A stretch of DNA of 64,000 nt, from NCBI GenBank assembly GCA_002291925.1, contig DBAY01000007.1, forward strand, positions 7,853 through 71,852, given 5' to 3'. The stretch comes from Alphaproteobacteria bacterium UBA998. Its GTDB lineage: Bacteria > Pseudomonadota > Alphaproteobacteria > Rickettsiales > UBA998. This document shows positions 26,479-35,369 of the stretch, piece by piece. Both the position numbers and the translations under genes were made by a program. Each line of letters begins with the position of its first letter. Position 1 is the stretch's first letter. The notes beneath the pieces were generated by a model. The model was given only the letters and a program-made list of their open reading frames with translations. It made no database searches and had not been told where the DNA came from.

Positions 26479-27186
26479 ATGCTGACACATTACCCTTATG
26501 CCGAACTGGGCCGTTTTCAGGGGAGCTGGCTCGATGCGCACTATCATTTCAGTTTTTCGCATTACCGTAATCCTGATCGCATGGGTTTCGGCCCGCTGCG
26601 CGTCATCAATGACGACATCGTCAAGGCGGGCGGCGGCTTCGACCTGCACCCGCACGATAACATGGAAATCATCACCTATGTGCGCCAGGGCGCCATCACC
26701 CACCGCGACAACCTCGGCAATGAGGGGCGCACGGCGGCGGGCGACGTGCAGGTGATGAGCGCAGGCACAGGCATCGTGCATGGCGAGTATAACCGGGAGA
26801 CGGGGGATACCCGCCTCTACCAGATCTGGATTCTGCCCAACCAGCGCGGCGTGGCCCCGCGCTGGGCGCAGAAGCAATTCCCCAAAACGCCGGGCGAGGG
26901 TTTGAAGGTGCTGGTATCCGGCCTGCCGCACCATGCAGGCACCGACGCGCTGACGATGCATGCGGATGCCGCAGTGTACGGCGCCGTGCTGGCGGAGGGG
27001 GAAGCGCTGAACCTCGAGGTCGCCGGGGGAGGCTACCTGCTGGTGTCACGCGGCACGCTGGAGGTGCGTGGCGCATCACTCGTGGCCGGTGACGGCTTGG
27101 AAGTGCATGGACCGGAGGATTTCTCGCTTTATGCGCGAGTGCCGACCGAGATCGTCTACATTGATTTGCCATACATAAATCATTAA
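26479..27186 (+). CDS. Pirin family protein (YhhW-like)
   Basis: Cupin metal site HPHDNMEIITYVRQG...H...E. The N-terminus has the GFGPLRVINDD motif. Confidence 0.9.
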   Translation: MLTHYPYAELGRFQGSWLDAHYHFSFSHYRNPDRMGFGPLRVINDDIVKAGGGFDLHPHDNMEIITYVRQGAITHRDNLGNEGRTAAGDVQVMSAGTGIVHGEYNRETGDTRLYQIWILPNQRGVAPRWAQKQFPKTPGEGLKVLVSGLPHHAGTDALTMHADAAVYGAVLAEGEALNLEVAGGGYLLVSRGTLEVRGASLVAGDGLEVHGPEDFSLYARVPTEIVYIDLPYINH

Positions 27187-27438
27187 CAATTCTGCCTCGG
27201 TGTGGGTTTGGTAGGGAGACAGTCTGTTAAAGGCGCCTCCTTTTTCTTGTGCGAAAAAACATGAAAAACCCGTAAAAAATGATAAGGATAGATTTCCAAG
27301 CAAATGAATAATAACAATTTATTCTAATTTGGATTTGATGAGAATTTATCGGTAATTTGGTATTTCTATTAAACGATTGTTTACTAATTCCGAGCTAAAT
27401 TAAGGGGAATAAGCCATCAAGAGTTAAGGAACTCCGGA

Positions 27439-28554
27439 ATGAGTATTACGCCCCATGATTTGAACCGTCTGATTCATGAGCCCTCTCCCAAGGTACGCTC
27501 TTATATTGCGGCCAAAGTCTCCGAGCAGTTCAACCAGTCTCAATTCACGCCCAACGAGGCAAAAATTGCCATCGAGATTTTCCGCCTGCTTCTACGCGAT
27601 ACCGCAGCCGCTGTACGCAAGGCGATTGCCGAAAACTTGAAGAATAACCCGCAGGTGCCACGCGATATCATCCTCGCGCTTGCCAATGACAGTGCTGACA
27701 TTGCCACGCCGGTCATTGAATGCTCGGAAATCCTTACCGATGAGGATTTGCTGGAAATTATCCGCTCCACCCGCGAAGTGCGCAAATGGCTGGCGGTCAG
27801 CCGCCGCCCGAGACTCTCCCCTAAGGTCAGCCGTCAGCTGGTGGCTACCCGTAGCGAGGTGGTGGTGGTGTCACTGCTGGGCAACCGTGGGGCGCAGATT
27901 GAGCAAGGTGATCTTGAGTATATGCTGAACGAGTTCCGTCACGAACAGGATGTACTGGAAGCCTTGGTCTACCGGGGTGGGCTTAGCGTCCGCTTGGCAG
28001 AAAAGCTTTATTACTTGGTCTCGACGCAGCTGCGCAAGCAACTGACCAAGAAATACCGTTTGCCATGGAACCTGATGGGGCAGGAAGCAGACTTGGTGCG
28101 CGAAGCCGCCATGCTGCGCTTTCTTTCTCTCTGGATGAGCGATGACGAGGTCACCTTGCTGGTGGACCAGATGCATCGCAACAAGCGTCTGACCGTGACA
28201 CTGGCGCTGCGCGCACTCGCGCAGGGGGAGCGCCGTTTCTTCGAGGCGGCCTTGGCCGCCCGCGCCGGCATCACGGGCGAGGCGTTTAAGAAGCTGGTAA
28301 ATGACAAAGGCCCACTTGGTTTCCGCAGCCTGTGCAGTTCCGGCGGTGTGCCTACGCATTTCATCGATGCGCTGGAAATCGTCTACCGTTTTGTGCAAAG
28401 ACATCCGCGCACGCAGGAGATGAGCAGCGAAAAATACACACAACAACTGCTCGATTACATACGCGCCCATCGCTATGATACGCTGGTGTTGCATATGAAT
28501 GCAGTGCTTCATTTCCTTACCGCGGCGGACCATGAGCTTCGAACCCTTCACTGA
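27439..28554 (+). CDS. DUF2336 (HEAT-like repeat) protein, paralog 1
   Basis: Motifs AIEIFRLLLRDTAAAVRKAIAENLKNNPQVPRDIILALANDSADIATPVI resemble DUF2336. Clearly homologous to the next gene. Confidence 0.7.
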   Translation: MSITPHDLNRLIHEPSPKVRSYIAAKVSEQFNQSQFTPNEAKIAIEIFRLLLRDTAAAVRKAIAENLKNNPQVPRDIILALANDSADIATPVIECSEILTDEDLLEIIRSTREVRKWLAVSRRPRLSPKVSRQLVATRSEVVVVSLLGNRGAQIEQGDLEYMLNEFRHEQDVLEALVYRGGLSVRLAEKLYYLVSTQLRKQLTKKYRLPWNLMGQEADLVREAAMLRFLSLWMSDDEVTLLVDQMHRNKRLTVTLALRALAQGERRFFEAALAARAGITGEAFKKLVNDKGPLGFRSLCSSGGVPTHFIDALEIVYRFVQRHPRTQEMSSEKYTQQLLDYIRAHRYDTLVLHMNAVLHFLTAADHELRTLH

Positions 28555-29689
28555 GCGTTTCATCCTGCAAGACAGCGTACGCCTGACGCAGGAAGATGTA
28601 CGGCGCCTGCTGGAGCAGCCCTCGCTCGACACCAAGATCGAGGTGCTGGAAAAGGTCAGCAAGCATTACAGCCCCGATCTACTAAGCGATGCTGAAATGC
28701 AAATTGCCGAGCAGATTTTCCGTCTGCTCATGCAGGACTCCGTGGTACGCGTGCGTCGCGCCATGGCAGAAAGCCTGCAGGACAATCCGCACATCCCCCA
28801 CGATATTGCACGGACGCTGGCCAGCGATCTGGAGGCCGTGGCGACGCCGATGCTCACCATGTCGAGTGTGCTGCAGGACAGCGATCTAGTGGAGATTATC
28901 AATCATTCCGAGGAAATCTGGCGCTATTTGGCTATTGCACGCCGCGAAAATCTCTCAGAGAGCGTTTCCGGCTCGCTGGTAGGTACGCAAGTGAATGAGG
29001 TGATCAAGGAGGTGTTGGACAACCCGACGGCTCGTATCTCCGAGCAATCCTTCTTCCAGATCGTGGAGCAGGCAAAAAGCGACCAAGGCATCATTGAGCG
29101 GATGATCGCGCGCGGCTCGCTACCCGTGGCGGCGGTAGAGCGGCTGACGCATTTTGTCTCCGAGGAAATGCTGCGCGCTCTGAAAGAGCGCTGCAAAGCG
29201 GTGGATGCAGAACAGCTCGAAGCCCGTGCCCGCGAAGCGGAGGAAAGCACCACGCTGGAGTTGCTGGGCTCCACAGCGGATGCCTCACAGACCGTGCGGT
29301 TGGTGAATCAATTGTATGAAGACGGCCGCCTGACCGCCTCGCTCATCATCAATGCCCTGTGCCAGGGGAACCTCGATTTCTTCGAAACCTCTCTGGCGCG
29401 GCTGGCGAATATTCCGGTCGAGAATGCCCGCCTGCTGATCTCGGACAAAGGCCGCCTCGGCTTCCGCGCGCTCTATAACAAGACGCAGCTTCCGGGCACC
29501 ATGTACAAGGCGGTGCGCCTGCTGCTCGATTCCGTGCGCGCCGTGCTCTCGGAAGGGGCGCGGCCCGGCAGCCATCACTTCTCCAATTTCGTCGTGCGCC
29601 GCATGATCGAAACGGCGGAAGAGGAGCATGTGGAGAATCTCTCCTACATCCTCGCCATCATCCGCCAGCGCCAGCCGCTCGGGGCCTGA
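28532..29689 (+). CDS. DUF2336 (HEAT-like repeat) protein, paralog 2
   Basis: AEQIFRLLMQDSVVRVRRAMAESLQDNPHIPHDIARTLASDLEAVATPML aligns with paralog 1. ATG at 28532 overlaps the upstream gene by 23 nt. Confidence 0.7.
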   Translation: MSFEPFTERFILQDSVRLTQEDVRRLLEQPSLDTKIEVLEKVSKHYSPDLLSDAEMQIAEQIFRLLMQDSVVRVRRAMAESLQDNPHIPHDIARTLASDLEAVATPMLTMSSVLQDSDLVEIINHSEEIWRYLAIARRENLSESVSGSLVGTQVNEVIKEVLDNPTARISEQSFFQIVEQAKSDQGIIERMIARGSLPVAAVERLTHFVSEEMLRALKERCKAVDAEQLEARAREAEESTTLELLGSTADASQTVRLVNQLYEDGRLTASLIINALCQGNLDFFETSLARLANIPVENARLLISDKGRLGFRALYNKTQLPGTMYKAVRLLLDSVRAVLSEGARPGSHHFSNFVVRRMIETAEEEHVENLSYILAIIRQRQPLGA

Positions 29690-29694
29690 CGCGC

Positions 29695-30867
29695 CTATTC
29701 ATCCCTGAATTCGACGACGGATTTCGTGGCCGGGTCCACGCCCAGCGCCAGCTTGCCCTGCATCAACGCCAGTGCCGCCTTGCCGAACAGGTCATGCCGC
29801 CAGCCTTCATAGACGGGCAGGTCGCGCTCGCCTTCCACCATGGCGGTGAGCATGTCGCCATCCGCCACCATGCGTGGCGAGATGCGCTGACGGTCGCACA
29901 ACAGTTTCAGCAGCACTTTCAGCAGGTCGCGCTGCTGCTCGAGCGCCGGGGCGAGCATGCGCGAGGGCTCGCTCGCCGGGCAGTCGGCCTTGGGCAGGGA
30001 GGACGCTTCTTCAATCAGCGCCAGCAGCGTTTCCTTCTGCGCGTTCGAGAGATGGTTGCCGAGCCCGCGCACGCGCATCAGCGCCGCCATGTTCTTCGGG
30101 GCGGTGAGCGCCAGCTCCTGCATGGTATCGTCCTTAATGAGTCGCCCGCGCGGCACGTCGCGCGCCTGCGCCTCGCGCTCGCGCCACTCCGCCAGCGCCC
30201 GCAGCCGCGCCAGGTAATGCGCGGAGCCGTGGCGTTTCTTCAGGCGCTGCCATGCCTCGGCGGGGTCGATGACATAGGCGGAGAGGTCCTGCATCTTGGC
30301 CATCTCCTCCTCCATCCATGGCAGGCGGTTGCCCTGCGCCAGCTCGGAGAGGAGCTTGCGGTAGACCTCGCGCAGATGCACCACATCCGCCAGCGCATAG
30401 GCGAGCTGCGCCTCGGTGAGCGGGCGGCGCGCCCAGTCGGTGAATTGCTGCGTTTTGTCGATGGACTGGCGCAGCAGCTGGCGCACGATGCTCTCATAGC
30501 CCACCTGCTCGCCATAGCCGCAGACCATGGCCGCCACCTGCGTGTCGAACAGCGGCGCAGGCACGCGCCCGGTGAGGCGCACGAGGATTTCGATGTCCTG
30601 CTTGCCCGCATGGAGCACCTTCACGGTCCCCGGCGCGTCCATCAGCGCGAACACGGGCCCCAGATCGAGGCCCGGCACCATCACATCCACCGTGGCGGCG
30701 TCCGCCTCATTCGGCCCGGCGAGCTGCAGCAGGCAAAGCTGCGGGAAGTAGGTCTTCTCGCGGATGAATTCCGTGTCGAGAGTGATGAACTCCGCGCCGC
30801 GCAGGTGGTCGCAGAAGGCGTGCAGGGAAGCGCTGTCAGTAATCAGGTGCGTCATGCGCGCGAGCAT
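29695..30867 (-). CDS. rnd: Ribonuclease D
   Basis: DEDD 3'-5' exonuclease motifs (ITLDTEF, HAGKQDIE, YALADVVHL), followed by an HRDC-like region. Confidence 0.9.
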   Translation of the reverse strand: MLARMTHLITDSASLHAFCDHLRGAEFITLDTEFIREKTYFPQLCLLQLAGPNEADAATVDVMVPGLDLGPVFALMDAPGTVKVLHAGKQDIEILVRLTGRVPAPLFDTQVAAMVCGYGEQVGYESIVRQLLRQSIDKTQQFTDWARRPLTEAQLAYALADVVHLREVYRKLLSELAQGNRLPWMEEEMAKMQDLSAYVIDPAEAWQRLKKRHGSAHYLARLRALAEWREREAQARDVPRGRLIKDDTMQELALTAPKNMAALMRVRGLGNHLSNAQKETLLALIEEASSLPKADCPASEPSRMLAPALEQQRDLLKVLLKLLCDRQRISPRMVADGDMLTAMVEGERDLPVYEGWRHDLFGKAALALMQGKLALGVDPATKSVVEFRDE

Positions 30868-30975
30868 CCATGTTTATGCGGCCAAATCAAGCCCCTTGTC
30901 GCGCCCAGTGCTTGCATCAGGCGGCGCGCTGTGGCTAGAGTGCGCGCGAGGTGACAGCAGCAAGGGAGCCGCCTG

Positions 30976-31191
30976 ATGGATACGGGGATGCTATTCATCT
31001 ACACGCTTTTCTTCATCGGCGCGTGGGCCTTCACCAAATCCCCGCTGATTGCCGGGGGCGCCGTGGCGATGCTCTGGTCGGTCATCAGTTTCTTCAAGGA
31101 TGAGGCGGCGGAAAACCGCGCGAGGATTGCGCGCGCCAGTGAATATCAGGTGCAGAGCGATATCTTCCGCAACGGCCGCGACGACGAGTAA
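30976..31191 (+). CDS. Small (71 aa) two-TM hypothetical protein
   Basis: The only coherent ORF in the rnd-aspS spacer. It has two hydrophobic helices and no recognisable family. Confidence 0.4.
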   Translation: MDTGMLFIYTLFFIGAWAFTKSPLIAGGAVAMLWSVISFFKDEAAENRARIARASEYQVQSDIFRNGRDDE

Positions 31192-31252
31192 ACAGCCCTT
31201 GGCTTTTCCTGTTGCCTGCTTTATACCGACTTTTCCTGCCAAACCCTAGGAA

Positions 31253-33193
31253 ATGAGCCGTTTTATGCACGCTTACCGCACCCATACCTGTGGCGAACTG
31301 ACCCAGGCCACCATCGGCCAGACCGTGAAGCTCTCCGGCTGGGTGCATCGCAAGCGCGATCACGGGCAGCTGCTGTTCATCGATGTGCGCGATCATTACG
31401 GCATCACGCAACTGGTGCTGGAGAATGACCAGCCCTTCTTCGAGATGCTGAACCGCGTGCGGCTGGAGAGCGTCATCACCGTGGAAGGCAAGGTGATTGG
31501 CCGCACGGCGGAGACGGTGAACCCGGAGCTTTCCACCGGCGAGATCGAGGTGCGCCTCACCGCCGCGCAGGTCGAGTCCGAAGCCGACCCGCTGCCGCTG
31601 CAGGTCAATGCCGAACGCGACCTGAACGAGAATATCCGCCTGCGCTACCGCTTCCTCGATCTGCGCCGCGAAAGCCTGCACAAAAACATCATCCTGCGCT
31701 CGCAGATCATCACGGCCCTGCGCCGCAAGATGACCGAGCGCGGCTTCAATGAATTCCAGACGCCGATCCTCACGGCTTCCTCGCCGGAAGGCGCGCGCGA
31801 TTACCTGGTGCCCTCCCGCGTGCATCCGGGCAAGTTCTACGCGCTGCCGCAGGCGCCGCAGCAATTCAAGCAGCTGCTGATGGTGGCGGGCTTTGACCGC
31901 TACTTCCAGATCGCGCCCTGCTTCCGCGACGAGGACGCCCGCGCTGACCGCTCACCCGGCGAGTTCTACCAGCTTGATATGGAGATGAGCTTCGTCACGC
32001 AGGACGACGTCTTCGCCGCCATCGAGCCGGTGCTTTATGAAGTGTTCAGCGAATTTTCGACGAAGGAAGCCACCAAGCCGCCCTTCGTGCGCATTCCTTA
32101 CGATGAGGCGATGGAAAAGTATGGATCGGATAAACCTGATTTGCGGAACCCGCTTATCATTTCTGACCTAACTGAGGAATATAAGGAAAACCCACGCGTC
32201 TTTAAGGTTTTCAACCAGATTATTGATTCTGGGGGCGTACTTAAGGCGATTAAAGCTGAAAACATCGCCCAAAATCCGCGTTCATTCTTTGATAAATTAG
32301 AGGAATGGGCAATTTCTGAAGGCGCAAAGGGCCTTGCCTACATTAAATTTGAACTTGGGATAGATGAGCTAAAGGAAGATATTCGGAAAGCATTTGCCTC
32401 TCTTAATAGTAATGATTCGGTGGAATCAAGGATCGAACTTATTGCCACAGGAAAAGTAGCTAAGCTCTTTTCAGAGGAATTTATTCAAGCAGCTGTTAAC
32501 AAACTTGGTGTTAAAGCTAACGATGTCATTTTCTTTGTATGCGATCAAAAGGAAGATGCTCAAAGTTTTGCAGGAAAGGTTCGCAATAAACTCGGGGATC
32601 AACTGAACCTGATCGATCCGAACGTCTTCAAATTCTGCTGGATTGTCGATTTCCCGTATTTCGAGTGGAACAAGGACGAGAGGAAGATCGAGTTCTCGCA
32701 CAACCCGTTCTCCATGCCGCAAGGCGGGCTGGAGGCGCTGCAGGCCGCCAAGGGCAACACCGAGAAGCTGCTCGCCATGCGCGCTTACCAGTACGACATT
32801 GTGTGCAATGGCGTGGAGCTGTCCTCCGGCGCCATCCGGAACCACCGGCCGGAAATCATGTATGAAGCATTCGGCATCTGCGGCTATCCGCCGTCAGAAG
32901 TCGATGAGCGCTTCGGTGGCATGATCCGTGCCTTCAAGCTGGGGGCGCCGCCGCATGGTGGTCTAGCGCCGGGCGTCGACCGCATGGTGATGCTGATCGC
33001 CGACGAGCCGAACATCCGCGAAGTCATCGCCTTCCCGATGAACCAGCAGGCGCAGGATCTCCTGATGGGCGCGCCGGCCACGGTGACCGAGAAGCAGCTG
33101 CGCGAGCTGAACATCCAGCTCTCCCCCAAGGCGCTGAAGATGTTGGAGGAAGAGCGTCAGAAGCAGGACGGTCAGGCCGACGAAGCGGCATAA
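31253..33193 (+). CDS. aspS: Aspartate--tRNA ligase (bacterial type, with GAD insertion domain)
   Basis: [10 protein letters not shown]-terminus with class II motifs ([39 protein letters not shown]). The true start may be the ATG at 31265. Confidence 0.95.
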   Translation: MSRFMHAYRTHTCGELTQATIGQTVKLSGWVHRKRDHGQLLFIDVRDHYGITQLVLENDQPFFEMLNRVRLESVITVEGKVIGRTAETVNPELSTGEIEVRLTAAQVESEADPLPLQVNAERDLNENIRLRYRFLDLRRESLHKNIILRSQIITALRRKMTERGFNEFQTPILTASSPEGARDYLVPSRVHPGKFYALPQAPQQFKQLLMVAGFDRYFQIAPCFRDEDARADRSPGEFYQLDMEMSFVTQDDVFAAIEPVLYEVFSEFSTKEATKPPFVRIPYDEAMEKYGSDKPDLRNPLIISDLTEEYKENPRVFKVFNQIIDSGGVLKAIKAENIAQNPRSFFDKLEEWAISEGAKGLAYIKFELGIDELKEDIRKAFASLNSNDSVESRIELIATGKVAKLFSEEFIQAAVNKLGVKANDVIFFVCDQKEDAQSFAGKVRNKLGDQLNLIDPNVFKFCWIVDFPYFEWNKDERKIEFSHNPFSMPQGGLEALQAAKGNTEKLLAMRAYQYDIVCNGVELSSGAIRNHRPEIMYEAFGICGYPPSEVDERFGGMIRAFKLGAPPHGGLAPGVDRMVMLIADEPNIREVIAFPMNQQAQDLLMGAPATVTEKQLRELNIQLSPKALKMLEEERQKQDGQADEAA

Positions 33194-33300
33194 GGGAAGC
33201 AACTTCGAGTTGTAACCAGATCGTCATTTGACCGAACGTTCAGACTTTGGGAGGATGCACGCAACCCCAACAATCTGGCAGTGCGCGCCTGTTTTTTCTG

Positions 33301-34020
33301 ATGTCTGAACTCGAATCCCTTTTTCAGGAAACCCGATTTTTTTCCAGCCGCGCAGAAACCATGCAGGCGTTTTTGAAGCTGGGTAAGGACGCCGGGTTTG
33401 ACATGGCTTGCTTCCTGGAGTTGCAAAGCGATTTTCATCGCCACGGGCTGGATACCATGCCCCTGGTCAACAGCTTTCCCGACGATTTCGTGGAAGCCTA
33501 TATTTCCCAGAACTTTCTGGCTATTGACCCCGTGGTGGAGTGTGCATTTCACCGCGTCATGCCTTATCGCTGGCGGCAAGTGGGCGAGCTGAAGCCGCTC
33601 ACTCCGGGAGAAACCCATTACCTTCAGCAGCTTGATGATGCCGGAATTGTGGATGGCGTGGCCGTGCCATTGTTTGGCCCAAACGGCACCATTGGATTTG
33701 CCGGATTCGGCATGCAACGCGGGCGCGTTGATCTGACCCACGAGGAGATGCTGATGCTGCAGCATAAGGCCTTTCATCTTTACACGACCTATTTGGATCA
33801 GGGTGATCAGCCGATTCAGCCCCACCTCTCGCCACGCGAGCGTGAAGTGCTGAGCTGGGTGGCGGCGGGCAAGAGCAACACAGTCATTGCCGATATTCTC
33901 AAGATTTCTGACCACACGGTTGATTCACTGCTACGACGGGCCTATCGCAAGCTGAACGTCACGACGCGCACCGCTGCCGTTATCCGCGCTGTTCAATGGG
34001 GCCTGATTGGGATTAGCTGA
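33301..34020 (+). CDS. LuxR-family regulator with an N-terminal autoinducer-binding domain (LuxR solo)
   Basis: Y-x8-DP-x13-W spacing (YISQNFLAIDPVVECAFHRVMPYRW) matches the TraR Y61/D70/P71/W85 pocket. C-terminal HTH reads LSPREREVLSWVAAGKSNTVIADILKISDHTV. No luxI is present in the window. Confidence 0.85.
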   Translation: MSELESLFQETRFFSSRAETMQAFLKLGKDAGFDMACFLELQSDFHRHGLDTMPLVNSFPDDFVEAYISQNFLAIDPVVECAFHRVMPYRWRQVGELKPLTPGETHYLQQLDDAGIVDGVAVPLFGPNGTIGFAGFGMQRGRVDLTHEEMLMLQHKAFHLYTTYLDQGDQPIQPHLSPREREVLSWVAAGKSNTVIADILKISDHTVDSLLRRAYRKLNVTTRTAAVIRAVQWGLIGIS

Positions 34021-34183
34021 CCACTTTTTGTCCTAATTTACCTCATAAGTTGCAGCGGGAAACCGGCACCCATAAAAAAATATTGTGCATAAAGGGAGCA
34101 TAAGCGACTGTTATCCAATTGCTTTTTAAGGTGTCACGTGACTACGTGGCAGATAAGAAAAATCAAATATAGTACATAAATAA

Positions 34184-34308
34184 ATGTGGGCAGGAAACCA
34201 CCGAAGGGTGCCCCATCTCTCCCAAAGAAGTGTATCCCTGCCCACATCTCCTTCATCGGAATTAGCATTCGATCTGCTTAACCCACCCGGAAAACCGGGT
34301 GGGTTTTT
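34184..34308 (+). ncRNA. Candidate structured small RNA or 3'/5' UTR element ending in an intrinsic terminator
   Basis: 11-bp stem ATGTGGGCAGG (34184-34194) / CCTGCCCACAT (34237-34247) encloses a small CACC-GAAG-GGTG hairpin. A terminator follows at 34281-34308. There is no credible ORF. Confidence 0.3.
34281..34308 (+). terminator. Rho-independent terminator ACCCACCCGG-AAAA-CCGGGTGGGT followed by TTTT
   Basis: Perfect 10-bp GC-rich stem, 4-nt loop and a T-run on the + strand only. Confidence 0.75.
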
Positions 34309-34403
34309 ATGCATCCGGCCGTCCGGTATTTAACCAAAATGTAATTTGATGGTTTTTATCTATAAATTATAATTTCGGGGTATTTTCCACATTGGTCATT
34401 TAA

Positions 34404-35369
34404 ATGAATGCGGTACGTCATCAGGTGAGTTCTATCGCGGCAAGCTTGGTCTCCCGTCGCATCATCACCCCTGTCGAGCCGGATGACCCGCCGAAAGGAT
34501 TTAAGGAAGGGAAATTCATTATCTTTGTCGGCGGTGGAAAGGCTTCCGGCAAAAGCACTTATCTTGAGTATCTTTTTGACGCGCTGGAACAGGAGGGCTA
34601 CCAAAAAGATTACATCGGCAAAATGGGAACTTTTGTTTTTGAAGATGTTCTCAACCACCCTTTGGTGCGCCCCTTGCGTGTGGCATTCAATAAGCACACC
34701 AAGCAAAAACTGGCCGCAATTGAAACAGGCTCAGACAACGTCGTGACACGCCTGATTGATTACTCCCTTCATACATGTTTTTCCCAGAAATCTCCTATCT
34801 TCATAGACAACCACATGGATAATCCCATGTTTGTCGACCACGTGCTGAAGCAGGCGCAGGAACATGGGTATGAAACCATTCTGATTTCGCCTCACATCGA
34901 AGCGGAAACCTATTTTGAGAGGGTCGAAAAAAGGAAGACGGAGACAGGACGCCCCTACAGCCTTTCCAGCGGGCTCAGTACGCACCGGGATTTCGCGCAG
35001 AACATCGACCACTACATTAAAAACTTCGACCTTACGATTATTGTGGACAATAATCGACATGGCAAGGGGCCGTCAGGCAGGGAACCTATTGCCATCGCCA
35101 CACCCAAGCGCTGCCATGTTCTAGATGAGAGGGGTTATGCCAATGTTCGCCGAAAAGCTCGCCTTAATCCTCAGGCAACTAAGCCGGAAGAACTCTACAC
35201 TGAGCGATCATACCCTGAGCCAACTGGTGATCCCCGGCGAGGAGCAGTGGCTCTCAGCCATGGCGAAGGCTCGCGCACGGGAGAAAAGCCGGAAATAATG
35301 GTCGAAGGTAAATTCGTCCGCAAGATACGTGGAATGTTTGAGCGTCAAGCCGGGACTGTGCAGCGCTAG
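34404..35369 (+). CDS. Zeta-toxin/AAA_33-like P-loop kinase with an ~80 aa C-terminal extension
   Basis: Walker [11 protein letters not shown] about 45 aa from the N-terminus, then IFIDNH (Walker B-like). The pattern [41 protein letters not shown] resembles the zeta/PezT core. The region is low GC. Confidence 0.55.
   Translation: MNAVRHQVSSIAASLVSRRIITPVEPDDPPKGFKEGKFIIFVGGGKASGKSTYLEYLFDALEQEGYQKDYIGKMGTFVFEDVLNHPLVRPLRVAFNKHTKQKLAAIETGSDNVVTRLIDYSLHTCFSQKSPIFIDNHMDNPMFVDHVLKQAQEHGYETILISPHIEAETYFERVEKRKTETGRPYSLSSGLSTHRDFAQNIDHYIKNFDLTIIVDNNRHGKGPSGREPIAIATPKRCHVLDERGYANVRRKARLNPQATKPEELYTERSYPEPTGDPRRGAVALSHGEGSRTGEKPEIMVEGKFVRKIRGMFERQAGTVQR

Noticed and set aside
34126-34314. 62-aa minus-strand ORF as a possible epsilon-type antitoxin for the zeta-like kinase
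   Set aside because: It is on the wrong strand for an operon with the kinase. It runs through the terminator and the long hairpin and has an implausible composition. The region is better explained as structured RNA.
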